Below are positions 1-10,081 of a stretch of 64,000 bases of DNA, in pieces. Source of the stretch: an uncultured Bacteroidota bacterium (lineage in GTDB: Bacteria; Bacteroidota; Bacteroidia; Cytophagales; Cyclobacteriaceae); contig CAWEZB010000017.1 of assembly GCA_963813425.1 (NCBI GenBank), positions 46,750 through 110,749 on the forward strand, given 5' to 3'. The notes beneath the pieces are model-generated. The model had not been told where the DNA came from, ran no database searches, and saw only the letters and a program-made list of their open reading frames with translations. Position 1 is the stretch's first letter. Each line of letters starts with the position of its first letter. Both the position numbers and the translations under genes were made by a program.

Positions 1-1206
1 TACGATCGTACTTTTTCCCGCGCCATTCTCGCCAACCAACGCTATCAATTCACCACTGTTGATGGTGAGATTAAAGTTTTGAACGGCATATTCGGAACTG
101 CCGGCATACTTAAAGCTGACATTATCAAACACAATTCCTTTGTCAAGTTTATCGGGCAACGCTTCAGGATTTTCAACTTTTTTCACCAGCTCATCGATGG
201 AAAGAAAAGAAAAATAATCATCCAGAAATGTCGTGTGTTGATCGACAGAAACAAAAGTGCTTGATATTTGGGCGAGGGTAGAGGATACAGAAGTAAATGC
301 TCCGATCACCAGAACTACGCCGCCTGGATCGAACAATCCTGCGGCACCTTTTATAGAAACAAATAAATAGGCGAGGGCTAAAGTTGTGCCGGTTACAATC
401 CCGGTGAGGATTGAAACCCGTGTACCTGATCTATACATTAACGCTCTTTGGCGGAATAGATTTTCTGAGAGATTGCTATGACGTGCCAGTAAATAATCAG
501 CAAGAACATAGGCACGGATTTCTTTTGTTGTTCTTGGCTGAACGAGCAAATCCCCGATGTATCCACGTTCCCTTTCTTCCGGAGTTTCCTTGTAAAAAAA
601 TTCATAAAGCTTCGATGTCACGCGGCTTTCTAATGCCAACGACAAGGCGGCAGCAGCAAGAGCGAGAATGACCAGCAGATAATGAAGACTGCCAAGTAAT
701 GAAGCCATCAAAATGATCGTTACGAGATTACTTGAGAGTCCGAGCACCGACCATGTAAGATCTCCAGGTCTCCACGATACATCTCTTTTTGCCCGTGCTA
801 ACCGGTCATGCCAGTTCGAGTTGTCAAAATTTCCAATATCAACTTTGGAAGCCTTGGCCAATAGTCTTTTTTCTGCCTCGAGCTCCACGCGTCGTACAAA
901 TAAATTTCTTCCATATCCCATGTATGCGCTAATGGTGCGCTGTAGTGTTGCTACGATCCATAACCCAATCACTACTGGGACTAAATCAGAAAAAGGTATT
1001 TTGTGGTTGCTGGCGTCAGCGATTCGATTGACCAGCACTGCTCCAAGGTAAACGGCGATTGGCGTCATCGAGGCGTTAACCATTCCCAAAAGCGAGAACT
1101 TGACCAGGGATTTTGGTGAAGCGGCCCATGCGAGCTCCAAGCCTTTTTTCAGATTGGCTCTTACACGAAAAGCGCGGCTTGTTGACTTTCCTGTTCCTGA
1201 TTTCAT
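1..1206 (-). CDS. ABC transporter permease/ATP-binding protein (runs off the window start)
   Basis: ATG at 1206 (MKSGTGKSTSRAFRVRANLKKGLELAW...) is followed by hydrophobic segments. Walker A ALVGENGAGKST lies in the same frame at positions 7-42. There is no stop inside the window, which explains its absence from the ORF track. Confidence 0.85.
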   Translation of the reverse strand, partial: MKSGTGKSTSRAFRVRANLKKGLELAWAASPKSLVKFSLLGMVNASMTPIAVYLGAVLVNRIADASNHKIPFSDLVPVVIGLWIVATLQRTISAYMGYGRNLFVRRVELEAEKRLLAKASKVDIGNFDNSNWHDRLARAKRDVSWRPGDLTWSVLGLSSNLVTIILMASLLGSLHYLLVILALAAAALSLALESRVTSKLYEFFYKETPEERERGYIGDLLVQPRTTKEIRAYVLADYLLARHSNLSENLFRQRALMYRSGTRVSILTGIVTGTTLALAYLFVSIKGAAGLFDPGGVVLVIGAFTSVSSTLAQISSTFVSVDQHTTFLDDYFSFLSIDELVKKVENPEALPDKLDKGIVFDNVSFKYAGSSEYAVQNFNLTINSGELIALVGENGAGKSTIV

Positions 1207-1360
1207 TCTATTAAAATTAAAATAAAGACCCGAATGACGAAGCCTGTATTCTCTCAATGACAACGCAATTTCAGCGGATTGCGTCAACCGAAATATCTGG
1301 GCCTCAAAGAATTTACGGAAGGCAACTAATCTTCGTTGCCATGTTCCTAAAACCTAACTG

Positions 1361-1984
1361 CTACTCCAATTGCTCTTTAAGATTCATAAACGTTTGATAA
1401 GGTCCCTCCGCCATCGCCATATTTACCAACCATGCGGGCAAATCCCCCCCTGGGTTTATGCGCAGTGTGTACCTGACTTTGAGCGCTGTCCCATCCTTGA
1501 CAACCAACCATTCTGCATAGGAAAACGGGACTCGAACAACTCCTTTTTCCAGCGGATAATCGTACGCTACTGTTTTAATGATTATGTGTAATTGACCCGA
1601 CGTTGCATCTTTTTCGAATGAATATTCAACAATAAGCTCACGATTGTCGACGGGCCACGGAGCATGAATTTCTGATCGGGTGATCATTCTGGTTCCTGTT
1701 TCCTGCAAAAGCACTTCTGCTGAAATCATGTTGTATTGCCAGGTGGGAAAGTTTTTTACATTTTTTATAAATGCAACTAATTCATCCAAGGTGGTATTTT
1801 TTATGGCGAATTCTGCCTTCAACGATTTGAACTTGTCATTTTCTGATTTGCAGGTGTACACCTGGATGTCGGCCGATTGTTTTTTCAGGATGCAGTCATT
1901 TTGTTGAGAAAATCCATTCAGGTAGCAAAACAAAAGCAAAAGCAAAAGGAAGGTGACGATTCGTACCATATTTATAGCAGACAT
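1361..1984 (-). CDS. START/SRPBCC lipid-binding domain protein with signal peptide
   Basis: 207-aa ORF with N-terminal hydrophobic signal and START-like motifs APWPVDNRE and INPGGDLPAWLVN. Confidence 0.8.
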   Translation of the reverse strand: MSAINMVRIVTFLLLLLLFCYLNGFSQQNDCILKKQSADIQVYTCKSENDKFKSLKAEFAIKNTTLDELVAFIKNVKNFPTWQYNMISAEVLLQETGTRMITRSEIHAPWPVDNRELIVEYSFEKDATSGQLHIIIKTVAYDYPLEKGVVRVPFSYAEWLVVKDGTALKVRYTLRINPGGDLPAWLVNMAMAEGPYQTFMNLKEQLE

Positions 1985-2348
1985 TACCTCTTCATCATCG
2001 GTCCCACGGTTTTACATGGCACTCCACAGCATAGGCAAAGATCGACATTTAATCCGAAAGGCATCCACGATACTTAGCAACGCCGAAGGTAAATTGCCCG
2101 TGCGTAAAAAGGGCGAGGACCGGGTGTCGAGGGTTTCTGGCGGCAGCGCACTTTCCACTAGCCATCCCGTAGCATCGGGCAGTTACTTTACTGTTGGCCG
2201 CAAGTTCGACATTGTTGTTGAAGGCCACGGCCGCGTAAAAATCGATGAGATCGTGGTTATAACGTAAAAGTTGGCAGATCGTTTTGGAGCAATTCTAATA
2301 AGAATCCTGCCTTATTAAAATAATCGGAGTAATTTGATATTAAATGAC

Positions 2349-2356
2349 TACCTTTG
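2349..2356 (+). promoter_or_regulatory. Bacteroidota-type -7 promoter element (TAnnTTTG) upstream of the sigma factor gene
   Basis: TACCTTTG lies about 120 nt before the ATG at 2474. Confidence 0.5.
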
Positions 2357-2473
2357 CACAAAAAGCAGCATTCCCGATCAGTTTTACCCTTCGAATATCT
2401 GTTTTCAATACTATCGCGGCCAAGGCCTTGTGCCGAAATGTGGCTTCATTATTATTAATTACAAACATCGTGC

Positions 2474-3342
2474 ATGAGACAACTTAAGATTAGTAAACAG
2501 ATTACAAACCGGGAAAGTCAATCCCTGGATAAATATTTACAGGAAATCGGGAAAGTCGACTTGGTTAGCGCTGAAGTTGAAGTGGAACTCGCAAGGCGAA
2601 TACGGGAAGGCGACCAGGTCGCGCTGGAAAAACTCACGAAAGCTAATCTTCGCTTTGTGGTGTCAGTTGCCAAGCAATATCAGAATAATGGGCTTACGCT
2701 TGGTGATCTTATCAATGAAGGTAATCTTGGTTTGATTAAGGCGGCAGGCAGGTTTGATGAGAAGAGAGGATTCAAATTTATCTCTTACGCGGTTTGGTGG
2801 ATTCGCCAATCGATCATGCAGGCGCTGGCAGAGCAATCAAGAATTGTAAGACTACCGTTGAACCGGATAGGTTCACTAACTAAAATTTCCAAAACTTTTT
2901 CTGATCTCGAGCAGAAGTTTCAGCGCGAACCTTCAGCACAAGAAGTTGCAGAAGTTATTGGTGTTACCACCGAGGAGGTAACAGCATAGTTTAAAAATTG
3001 CCGGACGCCATGTTTCAGTGGACGCACCGTTTTCACAAGGCGAAGATGGTAGTTTGCTGGATGTCCTTTCTGATGTGAATGAATCAAATCCGGAGTCCGA
3101 AATGATGGCCGAATCACTCATCCTCGAAGTACAACGTTCCTTAACTGCCTTGACCACACGGGAAGCAGAAGTGATCAGTTTGTATTTTGGATTGAACGGA
3201 ACGCAAGCGATGACACTGGAAGAAATCGCCCATAAATTTGATCTCACGCGCGAACGCGTACGACAGATCAAAGAAAAAGCCACACGACGGCGGTCTAAGG
3301 CATACAGCGAAAAGCAGAATGTTGAAATCCTATTTAGGCTAA
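2474..3342 (+). CDS. rpoD: RNA polymerase sigma factor, RpoD/SigA family (Bacteroidota short type), frameshifted
   Basis: [15 protein letters not shown] start, region 2 ([25 protein letters not shown]) and region 4 ([23 protein letters not shown]). ORFs 2474-2989 and 3018-3356 are joined; the shifted frame ends [14 protein letters not shown] at 3342. Confidence 0.85.
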
Positions 3343-3395
3343 AGATAGCGAAGTAGCGGATATCATTATTGAATTTTTATTTTAATTTTTATACA

Positions 3396-3589
3396 ATGCA
3401 AGGAACAGTAAAGTTTTTCAATGAAACCAAAGGGTTTGGATTCATTACGCCGTCAGATTCAAAACCTGACATTTTTGTCCACTCTTCGGGCTCGTCGATG
3501 AAATTCGTCAGAACGATAAAGTTAGCTACGACGAAGAAAGAGGAAAAAAAGGAATGAACGCCGTGAATGTTACAAGAATAATGGATTAA
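3396..3589 (+). CDS. Cold-shock domain protein (one frameshift near 3490)
   Basis: [17 protein letters not shown]...DIFVH, continuing in another frame as [27 protein letters not shown]. Confidence 0.85.
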
Positions 3590-3609
3590 TACTCCATCTT
3601 ACTAAAGAG

Positions 3610-3645
3610 AAAGAGATCGACCTGAAAGTCGATCTTTTTTGTTTT
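3610..3645. terminator. Intrinsic terminator, probably bidirectional
   Basis: AGATCGAC-ctgaaa-GTCGATCT followed by a T-run, between convergent genes. Confidence 0.7.
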
Positions 3646-3663
3646 ATGCTGATCTGAACTTTT

Positions 3664-5211
3664 TTAACAACTACAGTCCTTGGTATATGAATTTTTATGC
3701 AAATAAGCGTTCTGGTCGTGTTCCAACGCTCCTTTGGGTAGCCATTTCATCCAAATTCCAAGATCATGTTCGATGATATTTTTATAAAATTGAGGTAACA
3801 CTTTCGTCTCACCTTCAAAATATGCCCGGAACGAACGATCCTCTTTCAGATTTTTTCTCACCATTTTATAAAAACGGATCCGTCCAAAACCTTCATTGGA
3901 AATAGCACGCATGAAGTTCATCCACTTTGACGTAAAATCTGAAGTTGCCATAAATCGTCTGTAGATCGCTTTTTTAGAAAAGGTATAGGCAGTAAGATCA
4001 ATTACTCTGTCATAAAAATCTATCCATTCGTAATTTTTTGGTTTCACGTTCATCGCAAGGTGGTTGTTCAGAAAATGAAAAGGGAACGGAAGTACGCGAC
4101 CTGCCTTTTGATACTCGAGGTTGAGCGGAGCGGCCTCTCCAAACGATGAAAGAAGTGAGTATCCGGGAAAGGCACCTGGTGATTTATCAACAAAGCGTTT
4201 GGTGAGCTCAAAGGGTTCGTTCCCAGAGTCACAATCGAGACCCAATACAAAATTGGTTTGAATATAAGGGACATAACGGAGGATCATATTAACCTGTTCC
4301 GATACCTTATTTAGCTTTTGCTCTGCGCCCAGGTGTGCCGCCATCGATTTATTCCCCATGTCATACCAGGATTCGATGCCCGGAAGCAAAGCCTTAAAGT
4401 TGTGTTTTTTCATCACCTTCATATGATCTTCTGCGAGAATCGATAAGCTGCTTTCTGCGAGAAAACGAAAGCGATTTCGGGATCCTATGGACTCAATAAC
4501 TTCCATATTGTCTTTAAAACGAATTCCGAAGTTTGGATCTTGCCACGCGACCATCGGCTTTTTGTATTTCGTAAGAAGGAAATGCAAATCTTCTTTCATG
4601 GCATCGAGGTTCAGCTGCTGATAGGGTACCGTTGCATCAATACAGAATGAACACGTATATGGACAACCGACACTTCCTATCATTGGAATGAATTTCACGA
4701 AAGGTGCCTTCTTAAGCGTTGGTTCGACAAACTTCCATCGCTCTCTCATGGTTGGAAATTCAACAGGCTGCGTTTTTGCAGAAAGGTGAATTCCAATTGG
4801 ACGTTGAGGCGCACAATTGTTCAAAAGGTCTGTTATTGTTGACTGATGTGTCATGCCAAGTACATAGTCAAAATATTTGATAGAATCATCGGGATAGCAA
4901 CGGGCATGCGGGCCACCTAACACGGTTACCGCTCCTTTGCTTCTGAAATAATTGCTTAAGGCATAGGCAAGAAAAGCAGCTTGTGAAAACGAGCATATAA
5001 AAACCACGTCGACATCGCGTGGTAGTTCGTTGTCCAATTTTTCCAGGCCGGTATAGCATATAAATGTTACCGAATGACCTTGCTGTTCGCACCACGTCGC
5101 CACAATCTGGGGCATGATACTAGCAAGGTTAGCATGCATGATTCTTGCCCATAGCGTATTCGTTGGACCTTTGCTAACAAGATCAATTATGCCAATTTTT
5201 AATTTCCTCAT
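3664..5211 (-). CDS. B12-binding domain radical SAM protein
   Basis: 515 aa; N-terminal B12-binding-like region (VLGGPHA) and CxxxCxxC motif GCPYTCSFC. Confidence 0.85.
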   Translation of the reverse strand: MRKLKIGIIDLVSKGPTNTLWARIMHANLASIMPQIVATWCEQQGHSVTFICYTGLEKLDNELPRDVDVVFICSFSQAAFLAYALSNYFRSKGAVTVLGGPHARCYPDDSIKYFDYVLGMTHQSTITDLLNNCAPQRPIGIHLSAKTQPVEFPTMRERWKFVEPTLKKAPFVKFIPMIGSVGCPYTCSFCIDATVPYQQLNLDAMKEDLHFLLTKYKKPMVAWQDPNFGIRFKDNMEVIESIGSRNRFRFLAESSLSILAEDHMKVMKKHNFKALLPGIESWYDMGNKSMAAHLGAEQKLNKVSEQVNMILRYVPYIQTNFVLGLDCDSGNEPFELTKRFVDKSPGAFPGYSLLSSFGEAAPLNLEYQKAGRVLPFPFHFLNNHLAMNVKPKNYEWIDFYDRVIDLTAYTFSKKAIYRRFMATSDFTSKWMNFMRAISNEGFGRIRFYKMVRKNLKEDRSFRAYFEGETKVLPQFYKNIIEHDLGIWMKWLPKGALEHDQNAYLHKNSYTKDCSC

Positions 5212-5629
5212 TCAATACTTTTTTAATTCATTTAAACTTCCAAGTACCTTCGGCATTCTTGCATGCTCACCTACACTTTTTTGCAAAAAGTGGGTGAACA
5301 AAATGGTAGCCCCAAAGCGGGGCAATAATTCTATGGGATGGACTAAAACATGCAATGAATGCGGTCGTTGCAGCGAGGAAGTCCAACATCAAAGAAATTG
5401 TCTGGAATGCGCGTGGGGGTTATTCTAAAACGGCCAACAAGCAGCCAAGCCATTGATAATTTAATAAAGATAACAGAGTAGGCGCAAACAAAGGAGTTTT
5501 GTTCCTGATTTATCTTTTACCCGGGTAAATAGAGTTCCTGAGTCGGTATCATATGCTTCATATGAACACAACAACACTCAATTTTCAATGTGCAACGATG
5601 GACGAACTGAAATATTGCTTATTGAATAA

Positions 5630-6239
5630 CCCTACTTTGTCAAGTTACGATTCTAAAATATTATCATCTTTTGTCAATTCTTTGGGCTCTGGTGCCTCGT
5701 TATCTTTGCACTTTTTTTACCACGGAGTATCTCAATAAGGGGGCTAATGTTTTGTCAATAATAACTTTGTAAGAGAGCCACTCGCATCACCAACCTCATT
5801 TGTATATGAGTCGTTTGAATCATTACGTTCTTTTGTCTTGATACAAAAGAACCAAAAAATCAAGAGCCAAATATGCTTCCGCCCGCATGCCGGGCCACCC
5901 CCGCATTTGGCTCGGGCCAACGCGCCGGCACAGAATTAAGTTTTGCGAGATGAATTAATCTCCTTGTCAAGTCAATATAGAATCAAGACGCTGCCCAACA
6001 CATCGACTAGTTATATAGAAGTCACACGGAGGAATGGCGGAACCTTCCCACGAAGAACGTATCGACCAACGGCTTGGCCGTCTCTGCGATCTCGTATCGA
6101 GCCGATTTGCGCAAGTAGTTTGCAAGGGAGATAAATATTTTTGAACCTAATTTCTGCGTAACTCTGCGTTAAGATTTCGACGCAACTAATTGATCTAAAA
6201 TATTGGCCCTCCACACAAAAGTAACTTGACAAAGTAGGG
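5630..6239. mobile_element. MITE-like non-coding element bounded by perfect 19-bp inverted repeats
   Basis: CCCTACTTTGTCAAGTTAC at 5630-5648 and its exact reverse complement at 6221-6239. No credible transposase inside and no clear target-site duplication. Confidence 0.6.
5827..5930. repeat. Palindromic REP-like element nested in the MITE-like region
   Basis: Hairpin GTTCTTTTGT/ACAAAAGAAC (5827-5852), then GAGCCAAAT/ATTTGGCTC (5864-5913) enclosing a GC-rich core. Confidence 0.5.
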
Positions 6240-6418
6240 ATAATGAATATTGAGTGTTATCGTCAACAACATTCCAAATCCAATCTGGATGTAAACCACT
6301 CAACCATTTTGACCAACTACATGGTGGACGCGTGAAATACACACTCTATGAATTTGTATTTGAACCTGACCCGTTGATAAGGACAGTAAAATTTAACTAT
6401 CCTTAAAATATTCTATGT

Positions 6419-7777
6419 ATGAAACAACACATTCGTTGGCACCAGATGTTAAAAATAATCTTACTGGTGACCTTCTCGCACTTTATTGCAAGCTGCGACA
6501 AAGACAATTTTGACGGTGATCATTCAGGAGAAGGAAACTCTCCAGGCAAGGCTAGCCTTGCGAGTAGCGCTGTTGCCACAGACTGGTATGCCTTGCAATT
6601 ACAGATGATCATCAAGGCGAATCCATCGCTCAGCCCAATTTTATTAAACCGTGCATGGGGTTATATCGGCATCGGGTTGTATGAATCGGTAAGGCCAGGA
6701 ATAAAAAATTCAGTTAGCTTAAGTCAGAAGCTTTATCAAATGCCTGTAATGCCTCAAAAAGAAAATAATAACGGGTACTCCTGGGAAGTTTCGGCCAATG
6801 CCGCACTGGCGAAGTTGATCACTGCTTTTTATCCGGCAGCAATAATAACAGCGAACCAGCAACGCATTGATTCGCTGGCAGCAGCCTACAACGATTCGCT
6901 TAGGCCTAGCGTTGGTTCAGCTGTCTTCTTGCGTTCAGAGGCCTTCGGTCATGCTATTGCCGATGCTGTCATTGCATGGTCGCAAACCGATAATAGTAAT
7001 CTGACTAACGTTGGATACATACCGCCCGTATTTCCCGGTGCCTGGGAGCCAACGCCACCCGCATTTGCCAATGGCCTTTGCCCATATTTCGGAAATACCC
7101 GGCCTTTCTTAGAGCAGCATTTGCAGGTTATTGCTCCTCCCTTTGTATATCAATATTCCGAAGATCCATCATCGGATTTTTATAAAATGGAAAAAGCAAT
7201 GTGTGATGTTTCTCAATCGCTCACACAGGAACAAAAAAATATTGCTTTTTACTGGAACGATGTTGGAGTAGGAGTCGGATATAGTCCTCCCGGACATTCA
7301 GTTTCCATACTCACGCAGATTCTAAAACAAAAGAACATTGATCTTGGCAGGGCAGCTACTGCTTACGCGAAAACCGGTATAGCATTAACTGACGCTAGCA
7401 TCGCAGGGTTTAAATCAAAATACACGTATAATATGTTAAGACCTGTTACCTACATCAAGAAGGTGATAGATCCAGCCTGGACTCCGCTGATTACAACGCC
7501 ACCGCATCCAGAATATCCCGCAGCGCATGCATTTCTCACGCAGGCCTTTATGCAAACCATGACCGGAATATTTGGAGAAAATTATTCGTTCACCGATAAT
7601 ACCTATGGATCGAAATATGGGGGTCCAAGAACCTTCCCTTCGTTTAATGCTGCCGCTGGGGAGTGTGGTATGTCCCGTAACTATGGCGGTATACATTATC
7701 CTCCTTCAATTGCCGCCGGTTTACTGTTAGGTAAACAAATTGGTGAAGGAGTCAATAATCTTCAACTTGTACATTAG
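6419..7777 (+). CDS. Vanadium-dependent haloperoxidase/PAP2-superfamily lipoprotein
   Basis: Lipobox-like IASC. Active-site motifs KYTYNMLRP, PPHPEYPAAH and SRNYGGIHY. Confidence 0.85.
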   Translation: MKQHIRWHQMLKIILLVTFSHFIASCDKDNFDGDHSGEGNSPGKASLASSAVATDWYALQLQMIIKANPSLSPILLNRAWGYIGIGLYESVRPGIKNSVSLSQKLYQMPVMPQKENNNGYSWEVSANAALAKLITAFYPAAIITANQQRIDSLAAAYNDSLRPSVGSAVFLRSEAFGHAIADAVIAWSQTDNSNLTNVGYIPPVFPGAWEPTPPAFANGLCPYFGNTRPFLEQHLQVIAPPFVYQYSEDPSSDFYKMEKAMCDVSQSLTQEQKNIAFYWNDVGVGVGYSPPGHSVSILTQILKQKNIDLGRAATAYAKTGIALTDASIAGFKSKYTYNMLRPVTYIKKVIDPAWTPLITTPPHPEYPAAHAFLTQAFMQTMTGIFGENYSFTDNTYGSKYGGPRTFPSFNAAAGECGMSRNYGGIHYPPSIAAGLLLGKQIGEGVNNLQLVH

Positions 7778-7804
7778 TGAAAAAGTTAATGAGCTCCTTT
7801 TGAA

Positions 7805-7840
7805 AGGAAGGCCTGATACGAACAGGCCTTCCTATATTTC
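7805..7840 (+). terminator. Stem-loop terminator after the haloperoxidase gene
   Basis: 11-bp stem AGGAAGGCCTG/CAGGCCTTCCT. Confidence 0.6.
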
Positions 7841-7951
7841 AAAAGGTTTATTTGTTTTGCTAAATTAGTCATCGCTGAAAAACAATAGTATCATCAGCCT
7901 AATAGAACGTTCGGTGCAAGGAGAAGTATAGTTGCTCTTAGCTTGTAAGCC

Positions 7952-10081
7952 ATGAATAAAAAGACATTTGTAAAATACCTTTCTCTGGGCGTACTGCAAT
8001 TTCTGCTTTGCGTTGATTGTTTGGGGCAAGGCGAAAGAATCGATGGACTAAAAAAACTTCTGCCAACCTTAAAAGATACGAGCCTCGTTAATTGTCTAAA
8101 TGAACTTTGCAGTTCATACATAGAACTGCACACCGATAGCGCCCTGCTTTTTGCATCTCAGGCAATTTTGGAAGCTGAAAAAATAGACTATGTAAAAGGA
8201 AAGGCATTAGCGTATTACAATTTGGGGTTCAATGCGCGACTTGTTGGGACTTACCCAGCCATGGAGGCGTACGGTGCCAAAGCCGTCGCGTTGTTGGAAG
8301 CCAGTAATCAGCATCAGGATGGATTGCTTTTATTAGGTAAATCGTACGAATTGCTGGGCTTTTCAAAGTGGGCGCAGGGTAAGTTTGATCAGGGATTGTC
8401 GTGTTATAAGCAAGCGGAAAAACTTGCGCTTAAAAGTGGCAATGAAGGAGCGCTTGGTTATTTATATGCTGCCATGGGTACTTTGGAAACACAAAGAGGC
8501 CAGTATAGAAATTCTCTTGAATACTGTATCAAAGGCCTTCCTTTATGGCGGAAGCCTAGTAGCGATCCAAGAGGCTTCATTGCGATAGCGCATCTTTACA
8601 GCACGACTGGTGATTATAAGACGGCGATGGACTACAGCCGGGAGGCACATAAAGTTTTGAAACGCGGTGGCGGCGTACTCAGGATGTATACCTATATAGG
8701 AGAAACCTATTATCTGGCGAAGCAATATGATTCCGCGGCTTATTGTTACCAAGTCCTACGAAATCACAATAAAAAATTGGTTTCGGTTTCGGGAATGACG
8801 GAAGAATTCAAACAGAACAGCTGGCCAAACTCGCGCATGGCTGAAATATATATGGCGCGGGAACAATATGATACGGCCCTTTTATATTTGAACAATGCGC
8901 TGATTTATTTCGAAAGCGTCAATGATCGCAACCAGATGATGTGGACTTTGCTGAGACTGATGAAGGCTTATGAGGCTGAGGGGGATTATCCGGCGGCGTT
9001 GAATAATGCGCAAAAACTTTTGCGCATAGCAAGTGAAACAGGCGCCAGGCAATACGTCCGTGACGCACATGCCATGCTTTACAAGCTTTTTGATCTGCAA
9101 CAAAAAAATGACAGTGCTTATCACCATCTGCGGCTATACACTACGTTAAAGGAAACCATCGACGCAGATCAGGCTGAACAAAAACTGGCCTTCTTCAGAT
9201 CCGAAATTGAAACGGAGAAAGCAAGGGCAGGCATAGATAGGTTAACGAAAGAAAAGCAACTGCAGGAGCTTCAAAAATATGCGCTCATTGTATTTATCGT
9301 TTTCCTTGTGGGAATGGGATTGATAATTTTCCGCAACATTTTGTTGAAACGAAAATCTGAAAGAGATCAGCGTGAGTTGGCTGAAAACGAATTAAAGATG
9401 CAGACTTTTGAGAACGCGAGAACGAAGGCAGAGTTTCAGCAACAAGCGACCGAACTTGAAATGCAGGCACTTCGGGCCCAGATGAATCCCCACTTTATTT
9501 TTAATTCACTTAATTCTATCAACCGGTTCATTTTGCAGAACAACAGCGAGCAGGCTTCTGAATATCTTATTAAATTTTCCAAGTTGGTGCGATTAATTCT
9601 ACAGAACGCACAGGATTCACTGATATCATTGGAAAGCGAGCTGGAGTCATTGGGTTTATATCTCGAACTGGAAGCTTTGCGTCTTGAAAACAAGTTCGAT
9701 TATAAGATCACGTTGTCCAAGGACCTGGATCTCTTCGCACTGAAGGTGCCGCCTTTGATTGTTCAACCTTACGCTGAAAACGCGATCTGGCACGGATTGA
9801 CGCATAAGGAGGAAAAAGGACATTTGGAGATCAATGTAAGTGAAGAAAATGGTTACCTGTTTTTTAAGATCACCGACGACGGTATTGGTCGCAACAAAGC
9901 GGCGATGCTAAGCAACGCATACGGTATACGTAAGAAATCGATGGGCTCAAAGATCACCGCCGACCGGATTGCTATGATGCACGGTAACGGCCTCGGGGTT
10001 ACAATCAACGATCTCGTTTCTCCTGAAGGAAATGCATTGGGCACTGAAGTAATCGTAAAAATCTCGGTTAACTATGATTAA
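7952..10081 (+). CDS. TPR-containing sensor histidine kinase, LytS/YehU family
   Basis: Signal peptide, TPR-like repeats, a TM helix, ALRAQMNPHFIFNSLNSI, ENAIWHG and DDGIG. Confidence 0.92.
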   Translation: MNKKTFVKYLSLGVLQFLLCVDCLGQGERIDGLKKLLPTLKDTSLVNCLNELCSSYIELHTDSALLFASQAILEAEKIDYVKGKALAYYNLGFNARLVGTYPAMEAYGAKAVALLEASNQHQDGLLLLGKSYELLGFSKWAQGKFDQGLSCYKQAEKLALKSGNEGALGYLYAAMGTLETQRGQYRNSLEYCIKGLPLWRKPSSDPRGFIAIAHLYSTTGDYKTAMDYSREAHKVLKRGGGVLRMYTYIGETYYLAKQYDSAAYCYQVLRNHNKKLVSVSGMTEEFKQNSWPNSRMAEIYMAREQYDTALLYLNNALIYFESVNDRNQMMWTLLRLMKAYEAEGDYPAALNNAQKLLRIASETGARQYVRDAHAMLYKLFDLQQKNDSAYHHLRLYTTLKETIDADQAEQKLAFFRSEIETEKARAGIDRLTKEKQLQELQKYALIVFIVFLVGMGLIIFRNILLKRKSERDQRELAENELKMQTFENARTKAEFQQQATELEMQALRAQMNPHFIFNSLNSINRFILQNNSEQASEYLIKFSKLVRLILQNAQDSLISLESELESLGLYLELEALRLENKFDYKITLSKDLDLFALKVPPLIVQPYAENAIWHGLTHKEEKGHLEINVSEENGYLFFKITDDGIGRNKAAMLSNAYGIRKKSMGSKITADRIAMMHGNGLGVTINDLVSPEGNALGTEVIVKISVNYD

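Noticed and set aside
79-1051. Plus-strand ORFs 79-264, 411-671 and 713-1051, and similar antisense ORFs throughout the track
   Set aside because: They are shadows of well-supported genes on the opposite strand or in another frame.
2190-2240. tmRNA tag-like reading NNNVELAA on the minus strand
   Set aside because: No stop follows the AA, and no tRNA-like GGGG...CCA ends were seen.
5267-5389. 40-aa ORF upstream of the radical SAM gene as a RiPP precursor
   Set aside because: No leader/core pattern, no adjacent peptidase, transporter or RRE/SPASM domain; an ORF of this length is expected by chance.
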